Positions 10,818 through 21,505 are shown, counted from the stretch's first letter. The stretch: DNA of 64,000 nt from Candidatus Falkowbacteria bacterium RIFOXYD12_FULL_34_57 (GCA_001780285.1 MFGN01000021.1:11122-75121); one strand, 5' to 3'. The notes: a model not told the origin generated them from the letters alone. Numbers and translations: made by a program.

Positions 10818-11801
10818 TTATATCATTCTCCTCATCTTTCTTACCAGCTTATACAAAATATACCAACATTTATCAAACACTAAATCAAATGTTCCCTGGT
10901 AATTTATCTCATCACCGCCGAAACCCTTTTTAAACCTAGTAACCCCGGGCCATTTCTGCGCGTCTATTCCGTGAAAATCATAATATTTATACCCCTTTTC
11001 TTTGGCTAATTTGATTACATGCCATTGCAACAAATACGGCGCCATTATGTTTCTATGTTCATTGCTGGAAGCCCCATGAATATAAGTTGCCATATTACCA
11101 AAAAAAGAAATGATATTAGCGCTAATGACCCGACCTTCAAATTCTGCTACAAATAACTTGATATTATCAAGTAATAACATTTTTCGATAATACCCTTTGC
11201 TGTGCGACCTAAACATGTCCCGATCTTTAGTTTGCTCCATTATTCTCCAAAATTCTTCAAAATCATTCTCCGGGTTTCCTTCTCTGATAAAAATACCTTT
11301 ACGCTGAGCCAACCCAATATTGTACCGTGTCTTCTGATGCATAGCCCTTAATAATTCTTCCTCTTCTTTTTCTAAATTTAATATTATTGTTTTAGGCGGC
11401 TGAATATCAATAGTTTTGTAAATTAAAAATTGACCCATGGTTGTTTGATGGGTAAAATTGGAAATTGAAAATTTTGTTCTTGGCTCAAAACGAAAAAATA
11501 TTGCCTTTTCTTTTTGGGCAATACCCTCAATTGAATCAAAAATAAATTTTAATTGGTCTTCTGTAAGATATTTAATCCCAATCCTAGGTGCAAAAAGATA
11601 ACTTTTTAAAAAAGGTAAAGATACTTTGATTAAAGTAAGCGCCATTACAAGTTTCTTCTGATCTTCAAATCCAAGCCTCACTACCTTGTTGCCCCAACTC
11701 TCCTGAAATTCACCCCACTCCCAAGACTGCAAAAACTGACTATGCTTCTGCGCTCCCACAAAACTATTCAATTGTTCTCTATTTAAATTAACAATCTTCA
11801 T
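10818..11801 (-). CDS. FemAB-family peptidoglycan interpeptide-bridge aminoacyltransferase
   Basis: 327 aa. N-terminal FLQSWEWGEFQ and C-terminal GV.RFKKGFGG blocks typical of the FemX/FemAB family. Confidence 0.8.
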   Translation of the reverse strand: MKIVNLNREQLNSFVGAQKHSQFLQSWEWGEFQESWGNKVVRLGFEDQKKLVMALTLIKVSLPFLKSYLFAPRIGIKYLTEDQLKFIFDSIEGIAQKEKAIFFRFEPRTKFSISNFTHQTTMGQFLIYKTIDIQPPKTIILNLEKEEEELLRAMHQKTRYNIGLAQRKGIFIREGNPENDFEEFWRIMEQTKDRDMFRSHSKGYYRKMLLLDNIKLFVAEFEGRVISANIISFFGNMATYIHGASSNEHRNIMAPYLLQWHVIKLAKEKGYKYYDFHGIDAQKWPGVTRFKKGFGGDEINYQGTFDLVFDKCWYILYKLVRKMRRMI

Positions 11802-11872
11802 TCTTAAATCGTAAATCTTTCCGCAAATGGCGGATCAACTCTAAATAATTTTATAAATTAAAATTATAATCT

Positions 11873-12448
11873 CTAAATTCCTTTTAATGCCTCTCGAATT
11901 CTCTCTCCACTATCCGTAATTTGCGAATCTACTTTTTGCAGAGCTTCTCTGGCCTGCTGCAATGAATAACCAAGAGCAATCAGGGCGTCTATTTCGTCTC
12001 TGGAAGATGAAATATCACAAGTGGTACCTGCCACACCGGATACTGCTAAATATCCCACTTTATCCCGCAACTCTAAAACCACCCTTTCTGCGGTTTTTTT
12101 ACCGATACCGGATACTTTAACCAAGAGTGAAGAATCTCCTCGCGCAATAGTGTCGCGAATATCCTGTATGGCCGCTACAGCCAAAACTCCCAAAGCAGAT
12201 TTGGGGCCAATACCGGAAATAGATAATAATAACTCAAACATTCCCAATTCTTCCAAATTTCGAAATCCATAAAGATCCAAAGCGTCTTCCCGTACATGCT
12301 GATAAGTATAAACCTCAAACTCAGAGCCAAGCTTCAATTCGGAAAATAATTTTTCATTCACAAAAACCTTGTATCCCACGCCACCAATATTAATAATCAC
12401 AAAATTATTTCGTTTATTTTGAATTATACCATTTAAATAAGAAATCAT
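11873..12448 (-). CDS. ruvA: Holliday junction DNA helicase RuvA
   Basis: MISYLNGII...GGVGYKV N-terminus and two HhH motifs (ISGIGPKSA, VSGIGKKTA). Start moved to the internal Met (the ORF track extends to 12496). Confidence 0.85.
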   Translation of the reverse strand: MISYLNGIIQNKRNNFVIINIGGVGYKVFVNEKLFSELKLGSEFEVYTYQHVREDALDLYGFRNLEELGMFELLLSISGIGPKSALGVLAVAAIQDIRDTIARGDSSLLVKVSGIGKKTAERVVLELRDKVGYLAVSGVAGTTCDISSSRDEIDALIALGYSLQQAREALQKVDSQITDSGERIREALKGI

Positions 12449-12614
12449 AATATTTAAAAGGATTCTGGATGTCCAGAATCTTTCATTATTAATCATCTAT
12501 TATATATATTACACTAATATTAAATGCTAGTAAATATTAACGGATTAATACATCAAATTTACACTATTTAATAAAAATGCTAAAATTATAATATCTAACA
12601 ACTAATTAATTATT

Positions 12615-12968
12615 ATGAAACTAATAATAGAATTGTTAATACAAATACTTATTTTAGTTTGTATAGCTTTTATTATTGTTTACCTCATTTTGCTTTCATT
12701 TTGTAATTCCTGTTACCAAACCAAAAACACAGATCAAGCACTTTATAAATTGTGCCCATTAAATTATTCTATTGAAACAAATATATCTAATAAAAAATTC
12801 AATATTTGTTTCAAAAACAAAAAAGCATGCACCTTGAACCAAGAATGGATTTCTATAAATGATGTTTTTCCCGACAAGGAAATCGGGTGTTATATCAATT
12901 CACCCTGTATATGCAATATCCCAAAAAAATGGAAGAAAATTGAATACGGTAGATATATTTGTGAATAA
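12615..12968 (+). CDS. Hypothetical membrane-anchored Cys-rich protein
   Basis: 117 aa. N-terminal hydrophobic helix and 8+ cysteines. No recognised family. Confidence 0.4.
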   Translation: MKLIIELLIQILILVCIAFIIVYLILLSFCNSCYQTKNTDQALYKLCPLNYSIETNISNKKFNICFKNKKACTLNQEWISINDVFPDKEIGCYINSPCICNIPKKWKKIEYGRYICE

Positions 12969-14294
12969 TTAAATTCTTCTTCTGATAACACTAAACTCCG
13001 GAATTTCTTCCCCGCATTCAATCATCACAATTTTGTCCTGCCCGCCATGCGCCTTACCTACGGATTTGCCCGATGGCACATCTATTATCTTTTCAAGCCT
13101 TATTTTTACCACTTCATAAAGTGGTTTTATTATTTCAATTTCATCCCCCACATGCAAACTATTATGCACTTTAATCATCATTAAATTTTTCAAATTATTA
13201 ACTTTCGAATTTATGGACTTTATAAATTTTTTACTGTCTATTACTTGTCCGCAAAACTCCCATGCACTCGTTACCCGCGCGCTACCCAAATTCTGGTCCC
13301 CCTTTTCTCCCAATAAAAATCCAGTGGTATACCCTCTATACACCAGTTTATCTTCCAATTCTTCATAAAGGTTGTTTATCTCATTATTGGTAATCGTATC
13401 AATATTTTTGATTGTCTGTTTATAAATTCCAGCTATAACTGCCTGATAGTACGAACTCTTTGCCCTTCCTTCAATTTTAAAACTAACAACTCCGGCATCT
13501 CGCAAGTCTTTTAAGTGTTTTAACAAACAAAGATCCCGAGAATTCAAAATATAAGAGCCGTGTTCATCTTCTACTATTTCCATCGGCTGATCAGGCCTTT
13601 TTTCTTCTGTGATAAAATATTCACGCCTGTCTGCCGAATTGGAATAATTTTCGGCTTTTGAATTTATAAATTTTTGACTTACATTATATTTCCAACGGCA
13701 TGGCTGAGCGCAATCCCCTAAATTAGCCGACTTTTCTACAAAATATTTAGACAAAAAACACCGCCCCGAATAAGACATACACATTGCGCCATGCACAAAA
13801 TATTCGAGTTCCACATTTGGTACTTTTTTATGAATCTTTTTTATCTCGCGGAGTGTTACTTCTCTCCCTAAAATAATTCTCTTGACCCCCGCGGATTCAA
13901 ACCAAAATTTAGCTGATTGCCAGTTAGTACAATTAGCTTGAGTAGAAAGATGTATCTCGCATTCAGGCCAGATATCTTGAATCACCTTTATAATACCCGG
14001 ATCAGAAACTATTAAAGCATCCGCTTTTATCTTTTTTAATTCCTTAATATACTTAGGCAACCTATCTAGATGATGGTTGTGCGCGAAAATATTTACCGTA
14101 ATATATATTTTCTTGTCCTTAGAATGACAATATTTCGTTGCGGCTTTTAATTTTTTCATATCAAAATCATTAATTCTGACACGCAAGGAAAAATCTGGAA
14201 TACCGGCATATACCGCATCAGCGCCAAAAGCCAAAGCTGTTTTCATTTTCTCCATATTACCCGCCGGTGATAATAATTCTATATTTTTTCTCAT
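12969..14294 (-). CDS. Peptidase U32 family protein
   Basis: 441 aa. ELLSPAGN...AGADAVY N-terminus and the central E.FVHGAMC.SYSGRC block are typical of the U32 (collagenase-like / RNA hydroxylation) family. Confidence 0.8.
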   Translation of the reverse strand: MRKNIELLSPAGNMEKMKTALAFGADAVYAGIPDFSLRVRINDFDMKKLKAATKYCHSKDKKIYITVNIFAHNHHLDRLPKYIKELKKIKADALIVSDPGIIKVIQDIWPECEIHLSTQANCTNWQSAKFWFESAGVKRIILGREVTLREIKKIHKKVPNVELEYFVHGAMCMSYSGRCFLSKYFVEKSANLGDCAQPCRWKYNVSQKFINSKAENYSNSADRREYFITEEKRPDQPMEIVEDEHGSYILNSRDLCLLKHLKDLRDAGVVSFKIEGRAKSSYYQAVIAGIYKQTIKNIDTITNNEINNLYEELEDKLVYRGYTTGFLLGEKGDQNLGSARVTSAWEFCGQVIDSKKFIKSINSKVNNLKNLMMIKVHNSLHVGDEIEIIKPLYEVVKIRLEKIIDVPSGKSVGKAHGGQDKIVMIECGEEIPEFSVIRRRI

Positions 14295-14554
14295 ATTATT
14301 TGATTACTTAGTATGTTTTAAATATATGCCATGCTCTCCTCTGTGTCTGAACTTAGTTCAGAATGACACAGGAGGAATAATTAACTTATATTATAACACA
14401 AACCAACAAAAATCAAATAAACAAAAACATACAAGCAAATACTTGTATGTTTTTGTAAAATATTATTCGCAATTAGCAATCACTGTCTCATATATTCATA
14501 TATCCCATCCGCCAGCTGGCGGAGCGACGAATCTTTCCCGCTAGGGAAATAACA

Positions 14555-15376
14555 TTATTTCTTCAACAACTTCTTAATCTTACCCACAATTTCTTCGGTT
14601 GTAAAATGCGCTTTTACTAAATAATCACTGGCCCCCGCATCCATAGCCTTCTGTATATCATCTTCTTGTCCAAGATTAGAAAGCATAATGACTGGAATAT
14701 TAACTATCTCCTTGTCTTTACTGTTTTTAATTTGATGTAAAACTTGAAAACCATCAATTGCCGGCATAATAATATCAAGTAATATAATGTCTGGTTTTAA
14801 TTCCATGGCGCCATCCAAAGCTTGACCGCCATCAATCGCCTCATATACCGTAAATCCTTCATTAACCAATTTTTTAGAACAAATTTCCCGTAAAAAATTA
14901 TCATCTTCAGCCAATAAAACCTTTATACCAAGATCTCTTCCCCCTTCATTTTTATAAGCTACAAAATTATTTTTTTCCTCTTTTGATTTTCTGTCACCTC
15001 CTAGGCCGTTAAAATAATTTCGAACTTTTTGCAACACATCATTGGGACTAAACTCTGTTTTGATTAAATGGTCAATAGCTCCAAGTTTTTTAGTTTTCTC
15101 AATTTCAACCGGCTGTCCAGAATTAGAAATAATAATAACCGGAATATTTATATTATTTTCTTTTAATTTTTCCAATACATCATATCCATCCATTTTAGGC
15201 ATAACAATATCAAGCAAGATTAAATCCGGCTTAAAACTGTTTACTTTTTTATAACCCTCTTCGCCGTCATAAGCAAAACTAACATCAAAGCCCTCCTTCT
15301 TTAACTTGGCAACCAATAAATCCGCTAAAGATTTTTCATCTTCCATGATTAAAATTTTTATTTTTTTATCAGACAT
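14555..15376 (-). CDS. Response regulator with two tandem receiver (REC) domains and no output domain
   Basis: Two REC units (KILIMEDE...DLILLDIVMP...K and KVLLAEDD...DIILLDIIMP...K). Start set at MSDKKIK (the ORF track extends to 15406). Confidence 0.85.
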   Translation of the reverse strand: MSDKKIKILIMEDEKSLADLLVAKLKKEGFDVSFAYDGEEGYKKVNSFKPDLILLDIVMPKMDGYDVLEKLKENNINIPVIIISNSGQPVEIEKTKKLGAIDHLIKTEFSPNDVLQKVRNYFNGLGGDRKSKEEKNNFVAYKNEGGRDLGIKVLLAEDDNFLREICSKKLVNEGFTVYEAIDGGQALDGAMELKPDIILLDIIMPAIDGFQVLHQIKNSKDKEIVNIPVIMLSNLGQEDDIQKAMDAGASDYLVKAHFTTEEIVGKIKKLLKK

Positions 15377-15441
15377 AATATTTAGAATGCAAAATGCAAA
15401 ATACAAAATGCAAAATTTAAAAGTCGCTTCGCGACAATTTA

Positions 15442-17340
15442 TTATTTATTAATTGGCAGGGTAAATATGAATGTTGTTCCTACCCCCTCCTTGCTTTCAA
15501 AAGTTATTTCACCACCATGTTTTTCTATAACATTTTTCACTATAAACAACCCAAGACCCGACCCTTCGGTCTGCATGCGAATCACATTGTCCGCCCTAAA
15601 AAATTTAGAAAATAATTTCTTTTGGTCTTCTTTGGGGATACCAACTCCATTGTCTTTTATTTTAATTTTTAAAAAATGAATTCCTACTTCAAAAAAAATC
15701 TCAATTTTACCAAATTCGGGGGTATATTTTACAGCATTCTCCAATAAATTCTGCAGCACCAATCCCATCTTTTGCCTATCCATATATACAAGCGGTATTT
15801 TTGCGGGTTTATTAATAATAAATTTTATACTTTTATTTTTGATTCTTGTCTCTAGGTTATCAATAGTATCCTGCAAGGCATCTTCAAAATTATCTTGCTT
15901 AAAGGAATAGCCGAAACGGCCTTCTTCTATGCGAGATACATTTAACATATCGTTAACCAAACCAATAATTCTTTCATTGCTTTGATAACCCTTAAACAAT
16001 AACTTTTCTTGTTCACTGTTAAGTTTTCCAACATCCCCGTCTAAAACCATCTTAATTACCCATTTAATCGCGGAAAGTGGAGTACGAAGCTGATGAGCGG
16101 CTATAGAAATAAACTCTGATTTGAGTTTATCAATCATTTTTTCTCTCGTCAAATTATAAAAAATCTTCATGATTCCTAATTTCCTTTTCATGTTATCAAT
16201 TACCGGTGCTGTAATAACTTTATAGGTCAATTCTTGGGTACCAAAATTTACAAGAACCTCTTCTTCGTTTGGATTATTGGACTTTATAATCTTGTGGGAT
16301 CTAACCTCGTAATCCTGTTCAATAATATCCACAAAATTATTCATGGAATAATTATCTTTACCGTCTATTTTTTTACCCAAATCAGATCTTATAATTCCAA
16401 AAATTTCTTCTGCTGCCGGGTTAAACAAGCTTAATTTATTTTCTGCATCAATAACTAAAATAGGGTCTATAAAATTAGCAATTACGGCTGAAGTTTTGTT
16501 TCTTTCCTCTAGCGCTCTTCTTCTTGCTTCCTGTAGGTCAGAAAAGGCGCGAATTAATGATTTTTCGCTCTTTTCTAATTCTTTTATTTTAATCTCAAGA
16601 ATCTTGTTGGTTTTTTCTAGTTCCTCATCTTTTTTTTGCAAAATTTTAGAACTTCTATCTATTTCCTTCATCTCTCTTTCTTTAACCTCCTTCTCAACAT
16701 TCATTTTTTCCGCGCTCTCTATTAATGCTTGCTCGCGCGTAGCAAATAATTTAGAACCGTAACCCAAAAAAATAGCTACAATGATATAAAAATTAGAGGT
16801 AACAATAACTGTAATAAGTGAAATAGTCATTCTTTTTAATTCAGCAAACTCCAAACCATTCATAATACGATCTTCAGTAACATTATAAACAATAAAATAA
16901 AAGTATTCCGAAACTACGGAAATATTAACTAAAACAACTGACATTAAAGCAGTAATAATTGCTCCTCTAATTCCAAAAATAATAGATGCGGAAATTATAG
17001 GCAAAAAGAAAAAAACACTTATCAGCGACTTCTCGCCGCTCAAATATAAAACAACCGAAAATACAATCAACTCAAGGGCAATTTGCCCAAAACTAAGCGC
17101 TCTAAGTTTTCCAATCGATTTGGTTTTTTTTACCTCTATTAAAGTATAATAAAAATATGCATTAACATAAATAAAGAACAACAAGAGAATAGAAATTGAA
17201 ATAATAGAAAATTCAATTTTAAACAAACTTACTAAAAAATTACCAAAAACACCAACAACAAAAATAGCCACCATGTAAAACCATCTGGTAGTTATAATCC
17301 ATTCATTAATAGCTATCCGCCTGTCATAACGTAAATCCAT
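15442..17340 (-). CDS. Membrane sensor histidine kinase (multi-TM, PAS-like, HisKA, HATPase_c)
   Basis: H-box SIAAHQLRTPL, N-box LLENAVKYT, G-boxes DNGVGI and GSGLGL. About 6 N-terminal TM helices. Start at MDLRYD is uncertain (the ORF runs to 17385). Confidence 0.88.
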   Translation of the reverse strand: MDLRYDRRIAINEWIITTRWFYMVAIFVVGVFGNFLVSLFKIEFSIISISILLLFFIYVNAYFYYTLIEVKKTKSIGKLRALSFGQIALELIVFSVVLYLSGEKSLISVFFFLPIISASIIFGIRGAIITALMSVVLVNISVVSEYFYFIVYNVTEDRIMNGLEFAELKRMTISLITVIVTSNFYIIVAIFLGYGSKLFATREQALIESAEKMNVEKEVKEREMKEIDRSSKILQKKDEELEKTNKILEIKIKELEKSEKSLIRAFSDLQEARRRALEERNKTSAVIANFIDPILVIDAENKLSLFNPAAEEIFGIIRSDLGKKIDGKDNYSMNNFVDIIEQDYEVRSHKIIKSNNPNEEEVLVNFGTQELTYKVITAPVIDNMKRKLGIMKIFYNLTREKMIDKLKSEFISIAAHQLRTPLSAIKWVIKMVLDGDVGKLNSEQEKLLFKGYQSNERIIGLVNDMLNVSRIEEGRFGYSFKQDNFEDALQDTIDNLETRIKNKSIKFIINKPAKIPLVYMDRQKMGLVLQNLLENAVKYTPEFGKIEIFFEVGIHFLKIKIKDNGVGIPKEDQKKLFSKFFRADNVIRMQTEGSGLGLFIVKNVIEKHGGEITFESKEGVGTTFIFTLPINK

Positions 17341-17444
17341 ATAGTTATTATACAATGTTTTGTTAAAAAAGTAAAAATAAAACAAGGACGCAAGTATTTA
17401 TAAAATTTGCTTACACCTTGTGTCCTTGTGTCCTTTTTTAGATT

Positions 17445-18860
17445 TTATCCTAAATAAAACTCTTTATAAAATAAATAAGCACTATATAAATCAGCCTTTG
17501 ACGCTATCTCTAAAGGTGCATGCATATTGAATAACGGGATGCCCATATCCACAATATCTATTCCGCGATTAGCCATAAATTTAGCAATTGTGCCTCCGCC
17601 GCCCTGATCCACCTTTCCCAGCCCGGCTGAAAACTGGCAGACAATATTTTTGTTTCTCTTCATAATACCGCGAAGCTCGGCTACATATTCAGCACTAGCT
17701 TCGGAAGTGGAGTATTTCCCGCCGGATCCGGTATATTTTTCCATGGCAATCCCATATCCCATGCGATGCGCATTGCGCAGATCGTGTACTTCTTTGTAAT
17801 CAGGGTCCACAGCTACGGTCACATCGGTAGAAATAGCCTTGCTTTTATCAAAAATATTGATAATTTCAGACATGTTGCTTTTCTCACCGCCCAATTCTAA
17901 AAGATTTGAAATAAATTTTTCAAAAAACAATGATATTGCCCCGGTTTGTCCGTCTGAACCAATTTCCTCCCGATCCACCCAGGCACAAATCTGAGTTTGA
18001 TTGGAAACTTTAGTGTTTAAAAAGGCTTCAATGGCTACAAAGGAACAAATCCGATCATCGTGTCCGTATGCCGAAACCATACTACGATCAAAACCAAGGT
18101 CGCGCGCCTTGTTGCTGGGCACTGCCTGTATTTCTGCACTGGCAAAATCTCCTTGTTTGATGCCGTAATTATTAAACAAATATTCCAACACTGCCAGCTT
18201 TACTTTTTCCTTTATCTTTTTATCATTAACAGGTATAGAACCAAGAAGCAGATTCAAATCCTCTCCAAGTACTTCTCGTTTTGGGGTAAGCACTCCTCTG
18301 TCCAAATGAGGCAGAAGGTCGGTAATCATAAAAATCGGATCCGTATCTTTTTCTCCAATCACAAAATTTATCTCCTTGCCGTCATCCAAACAAACTACCC
18401 CATGAAGCGCCAAAGTAATAGTCGGCCATTGATATTTTTTAATTCCGCCATAATAATGAGTTTTGAAAAATGCCAAACTCTCCTCTTCATAAAGCGGGGA
18501 AATTTTTAAATCCAAATGCGGGGAATCAATATGGGACATCAACATTCTAAACCCTTCTTTCATGCTTTTTTTGCCAATCACAGCCATCATTAAGGCTTTA
18601 TTTTTGTTTATAGCAAAAACCTTATCCCCAGCTTTCAAACTCTTAACAGCGCCAATATCTTTAAATCCTTTTTCTTTTGCCATTTTAACACCTTCTAGCA
18701 CAGACTCTCTCTCTGTTTTAGCCTTATCTAAAAAAATTTTATATTTTTCCGCAAAATCAAAAGCTTCTTTTTTTATTTTTTCATCCCAAAGCTCCCAACA
18801 ACTCTTTTTTTCTCCTATTAATTTTTTTTCTAATTTTTGATAATCTTGTTTTTTAGTCAT
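17445..18860 (-). CDS. M18-family aminopeptidase
   Basis: 471 aa. SHIDSPHLDLK motif and C-terminal GIP.FNMHAP block characteristic of M18 aminopeptidases. Confidence 0.8.
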   Translation of the reverse strand: MTKKQDYQKLEKKLIGEKKSCWELWDEKIKKEAFDFAEKYKIFLDKAKTERESVLEGVKMAKEKGFKDIGAVKSLKAGDKVFAINKNKALMMAVIGKKSMKEGFRMLMSHIDSPHLDLKISPLYEEESLAFFKTHYYGGIKKYQWPTITLALHGVVCLDDGKEINFVIGEKDTDPIFMITDLLPHLDRGVLTPKREVLGEDLNLLLGSIPVNDKKIKEKVKLAVLEYLFNNYGIKQGDFASAEIQAVPSNKARDLGFDRSMVSAYGHDDRICSFVAIEAFLNTKVSNQTQICAWVDREEIGSDGQTGAISLFFEKFISNLLELGGEKSNMSEIINIFDKSKAISTDVTVAVDPDYKEVHDLRNAHRMGYGIAMEKYTGSGGKYSTSEASAEYVAELRGIMKRNKNIVCQFSAGLGKVDQGGGGTIAKFMANRGIDIVDMGIPLFNMHAPLEIASKADLYSAYLFYKEFYLG

Positions 18861-18976
18861 ATTTTCTTATAACTCATAACACATAACTTGTAATGTATTA
18901 ATAAGTCTAGTTATACATAAATAGCACTCAATAGTCGGGAATATTTAAATTCCTTGACTATGAATTAATTATTAAA

Positions 18977-19633
18977 TTATTTTACACATCTCCTCCCAAA
19001 GATCAAGCTGCCGATACGAATTATGGTAGAACCCTCATTTATTGCGATCTTGTAATCTCCGGACATACCGGCGGATATTTCTTTAAAATTATCATCGCTT
19101 GCAAAGTATTCTTCTTTCAGTCTTTCAAAATATTTTTTTAATTGTTTAAATTCTCCGCGTACAATATCTTCATCTTGAGTAAATGTCGCCATACCCATCA
19201 CTCCGATAATTCTGATATTCTTTAAATTTTTAAAATCACCACAACTCAACAATTCTTCCGCTTCTTCAATACTTAAACCGGTTTTAGTTTCTTCTTTGGC
19301 AATTCGAATCTGTAACAGGCAGTCAATAATCCGATTGTGTTTCGCAGCTTCTTTATTTACTACCTGCAATAATTTCAAACTATCAACAGAATGAATCAAC
19401 TTCACAAACAAAGCGATTATTTTTACCTGTCTACTCTGCAAGTGTCCGATCATATGCCAATCAATATCTTTGGGAAGCTCCTCAAACTTCTTCCTCATCT
19501 CTTCGCACCGATTCTCCCCAAAAATCCTCTGTCCTACATCGTAAACACGCCTAATATCTGAAACCGCTTTAGTTTTAGATACCGCCACCAACTTAATATC
19601 ATCGGGCAATCCTTTTAATATTTCTTGATGCAT
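18977..19633 (-). CDS. yggS: YggS-family pyridoxal-phosphate homeostasis protein
   Basis: 218 aa. VAVSKTK (PLP lysine), HMIGHLQSRQVK and a GMSGDY...GST.IRIGS.IFG tail. Confidence 0.85.
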   Translation of the reverse strand: MHQEILKGLPDDIKLVAVSKTKAVSDIRRVYDVGQRIFGENRCEEMRKKFEELPKDIDWHMIGHLQSRQVKIIALFVKLIHSVDSLKLLQVVNKEAAKHNRIIDCLLQIRIAKEETKTGLSIEEAEELLSCGDFKNLKNIRIIGVMGMATFTQDEDIVRGEFKQLKKYFERLKEEYFASDDNFKEISAGMSGDYKIAINEGSTIIRIGSLIFGRRCVK

Positions 19634-19637
19634 AAAA

Positions 19638-19874
19638 TTAAAAATTATAAATAATATCTGATCTTCTTTCTATTGTTAACAAAGAAATTTTATCATCTTT
19701 CTTAAAAATAATTCTTATCCTACCAACCCTAACCCTAAAAATACTATTCTTATTTTTTAATTTCTTAATATCCAAATTTTCCAAATCATTATTTTTTATT
19801 TTTAACAATATCTTTTTTACCCTTTCTCTCTCTTTAAAATTTAACTTTTTTAAAACCTTGGTTATTTTATCCAT
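19638..19874 (-). CDS. RelE/ParE-superfamily toxin-like protein
   Basis: 78 aa. FRVRVGRIRIIFKKDD..ISLLTIERRSDIIY matches the RelE/ParE C-terminal pattern. It starts 6 nt after the antitoxin-like ORF. Confidence 0.6.
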   Translation of the reverse strand: MDKITKVLKKLNFKERERVKKILLKIKNNDLENLDIKKLKNKNSIFRVRVGRIRIIFKKDDKISLLTIERRSDIIYNF

Positions 19875-19879
19875 ACTTA

Positions 19880-20092
19880 TTATAACCTAGACAATACTTC
19901 ATTAATATCAACTCCGCCTTTTTTAATTTTAGTAAAATCAATTATCTCTTCCCATTTTTCTTCATTGATTGGAGATATTTTAAAAAGCGGCTTAGATTGT
20001 TTAAATACAATAAAAGATTCTCCACGAGCTACTTTTTGAGAATATTTCCCCATATTCTGCCTCAAATCTTTTAAACCTACAATATTTTTCAT
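19880..20092 (-). CDS. Phd/YefM-type antitoxin-like protein
   Basis: 70 aa. The N-terminus (GLKDLRQNMGKYSQKVARGESFIVFKQSKP) resembles Phd/YefM antitoxins. It sits upstream of the toxin-like ORF. Confidence 0.6.
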   Translation of the reverse strand: MKNIVGLKDLRQNMGKYSQKVARGESFIVFKQSKPLFKISPINEEKWEEIIDFTKIKKGGVDINEVLSRL

Positions 20093-20108
20093 AGTTTATA
20101 ATTTAATA

Positions 20109-20147
20109 ATAAAAAAGATTAACTTTAGTTTAACAAAAGTTAATCTT
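20109..20147 (-). terminator. Rho-independent terminator after htpX
   Basis: 9-bp stem aagattaac/gttaatctt with a T-run on the minus strand. Confidence 0.6.
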
Positions 20148-20172
20148 ATTGTCAAATTTAAAATACCCTATT

Positions 20173-21093
20173 CTAAACATCCATCCCTCTTAATGCTGCT
20201 ATTCTTTCTTCTACCGGCGGATGCGTCATAAATGCCTTTGCGAAAAATCCTCTTTTGTGGCGTCCGTCGCTCTTGCCCTCAAATGGAGAAGCTATGTAGA
20301 GATGAGCCGTGGCTCTATTCGCCACCTCTAGAGGCTCCGGATCAGCAGAAATCTTTTCCAGAGCGCGCGCTAACCCTTCCGGATAGCGGGTAAGCAGAGC
20401 ACCATCGGCATCGGCTGCAAATTCCCTTTTGCGGGATATCGCAAACTGCATCATGTATGCAAAAAATGGCGCAAGTATTGATAAAATAATTGCTAAAACT
20501 ATAATTATTAATTGCAGTTGATCTCCCTTATCGCTATTTCTTCTCCTACCGCCGCCCCAAAAAGTCCAGCGCCTGAACCAATCAGCCAAAAGTACCACCA
20601 CGCCAACTAAAATTGTAACTACGGTTGCAAGCAGAATATCCCGATTGCCGATATGTGATAGTTCATGGGCAATCACTCCTTCCAATTCGCTTCTCTCCAG
20701 TTTTTCCAAGAGACCACTGGTAACAGCCACAACAGCGTGCTGCGGATCGCGTCCGGTAGCAAAAGCATTTGGTGCGCTGTCATTAATAATGTATATTCTA
20801 GGAAGAGGAAGCCCGGCAGTAATACAAAGGTTTTCTACCAACCGATATAATTCTTTATTGTCTTCAAATTCTATTTTTCGGGCATCACTCATTGCCAAAA
20901 CTATTTTATCACTCCACCAATAACTCACAAAAGAAGAAATTATACTAAAACCGACTGCAAAATATAAAATTACCGGAGTCTCCATGGCGGCGCTAAAAAC
21001 ATAACCGACAATTGTGATAAAAATCAAAAATCCCGACAATAAAAACCAGGTTTTTATTTTATTGGAATCACTATACGTATATAATGTAGACAT
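20173..21093 (-). CDS. htpX: Zinc metalloprotease HtpX (peptidase M48)
   Basis: 306 aa. HELSHI (HExxH), TM helices and C-terminal HPP.EERI. Confidence 0.9.
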   Translation of the reverse strand: MSTLYTYSDSNKIKTWFLLSGFLIFITIVGYVFSAAMETPVILYFAVGFSIISSFVSYWWSDKIVLAMSDARKIEFEDNKELYRLVENLCITAGLPLPRIYIINDSAPNAFATGRDPQHAVVAVTSGLLEKLERSELEGVIAHELSHIGNRDILLATVVTILVGVVVLLADWFRRWTFWGGGRRRNSDKGDQLQLIIIVLAIILSILAPFFAYMMQFAISRKREFAADADGALLTRYPEGLARALEKISADPEPLEVANRATAHLYIASPFEGKSDGRHKRGFFAKAFMTHPPVEERIAALRGMDV

Positions 21094-21190
21094 AAATATT
21101 AGTATATTAATTAGTTTTATAATATAATATAATTAATTAAATTATATTTAAATATTAACTGGTTTTTATAAATAATTCAATAAAAAATAT

Positions 21191-21505
21191 ATGGATATAA
21201 ATAATTGGCAAAAAAAAGTTGATGATTGGACAGGGCAATACACGCCTCAATATTGGCAGCCGCATGAAATATTGGCTCGCCTAACAGAAGAAGTTGGAGA
21301 ATTAGCCAGAGAAATAAACCATCTTTATGGACCAAAGAAAAAGAAAAAAGAAGAAGAAACCAAAGAGTTGGGCGACGAAATCGGAGATGTAATATTTACT
21401 CTAACCTGTCTCGCCAATTCCAAAAACATCAACCTTAAAAAAGTTCTAAAACGAACTATTGATAAATGTTATATTCGCGACAAAAATCGTTTTGCAAAAA
21501 AATGA
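21191..21505 (+). CDS. MazG-like nucleotide pyrophosphohydrolase domain protein
   Basis: 104 aa. EEVGELARE...ELGDEIGDVIFTL (EExxE...ExxD) MazG motif pair. Confidence 0.75.
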   Translation: MDINNWQKKVDDWTGQYTPQYWQPHEILARLTEEVGELAREINHLYGPKKKKKEEETKELGDEIGDVIFTLTCLANSKNINLKKVLKRTIDKCYIRDKNRFAKK

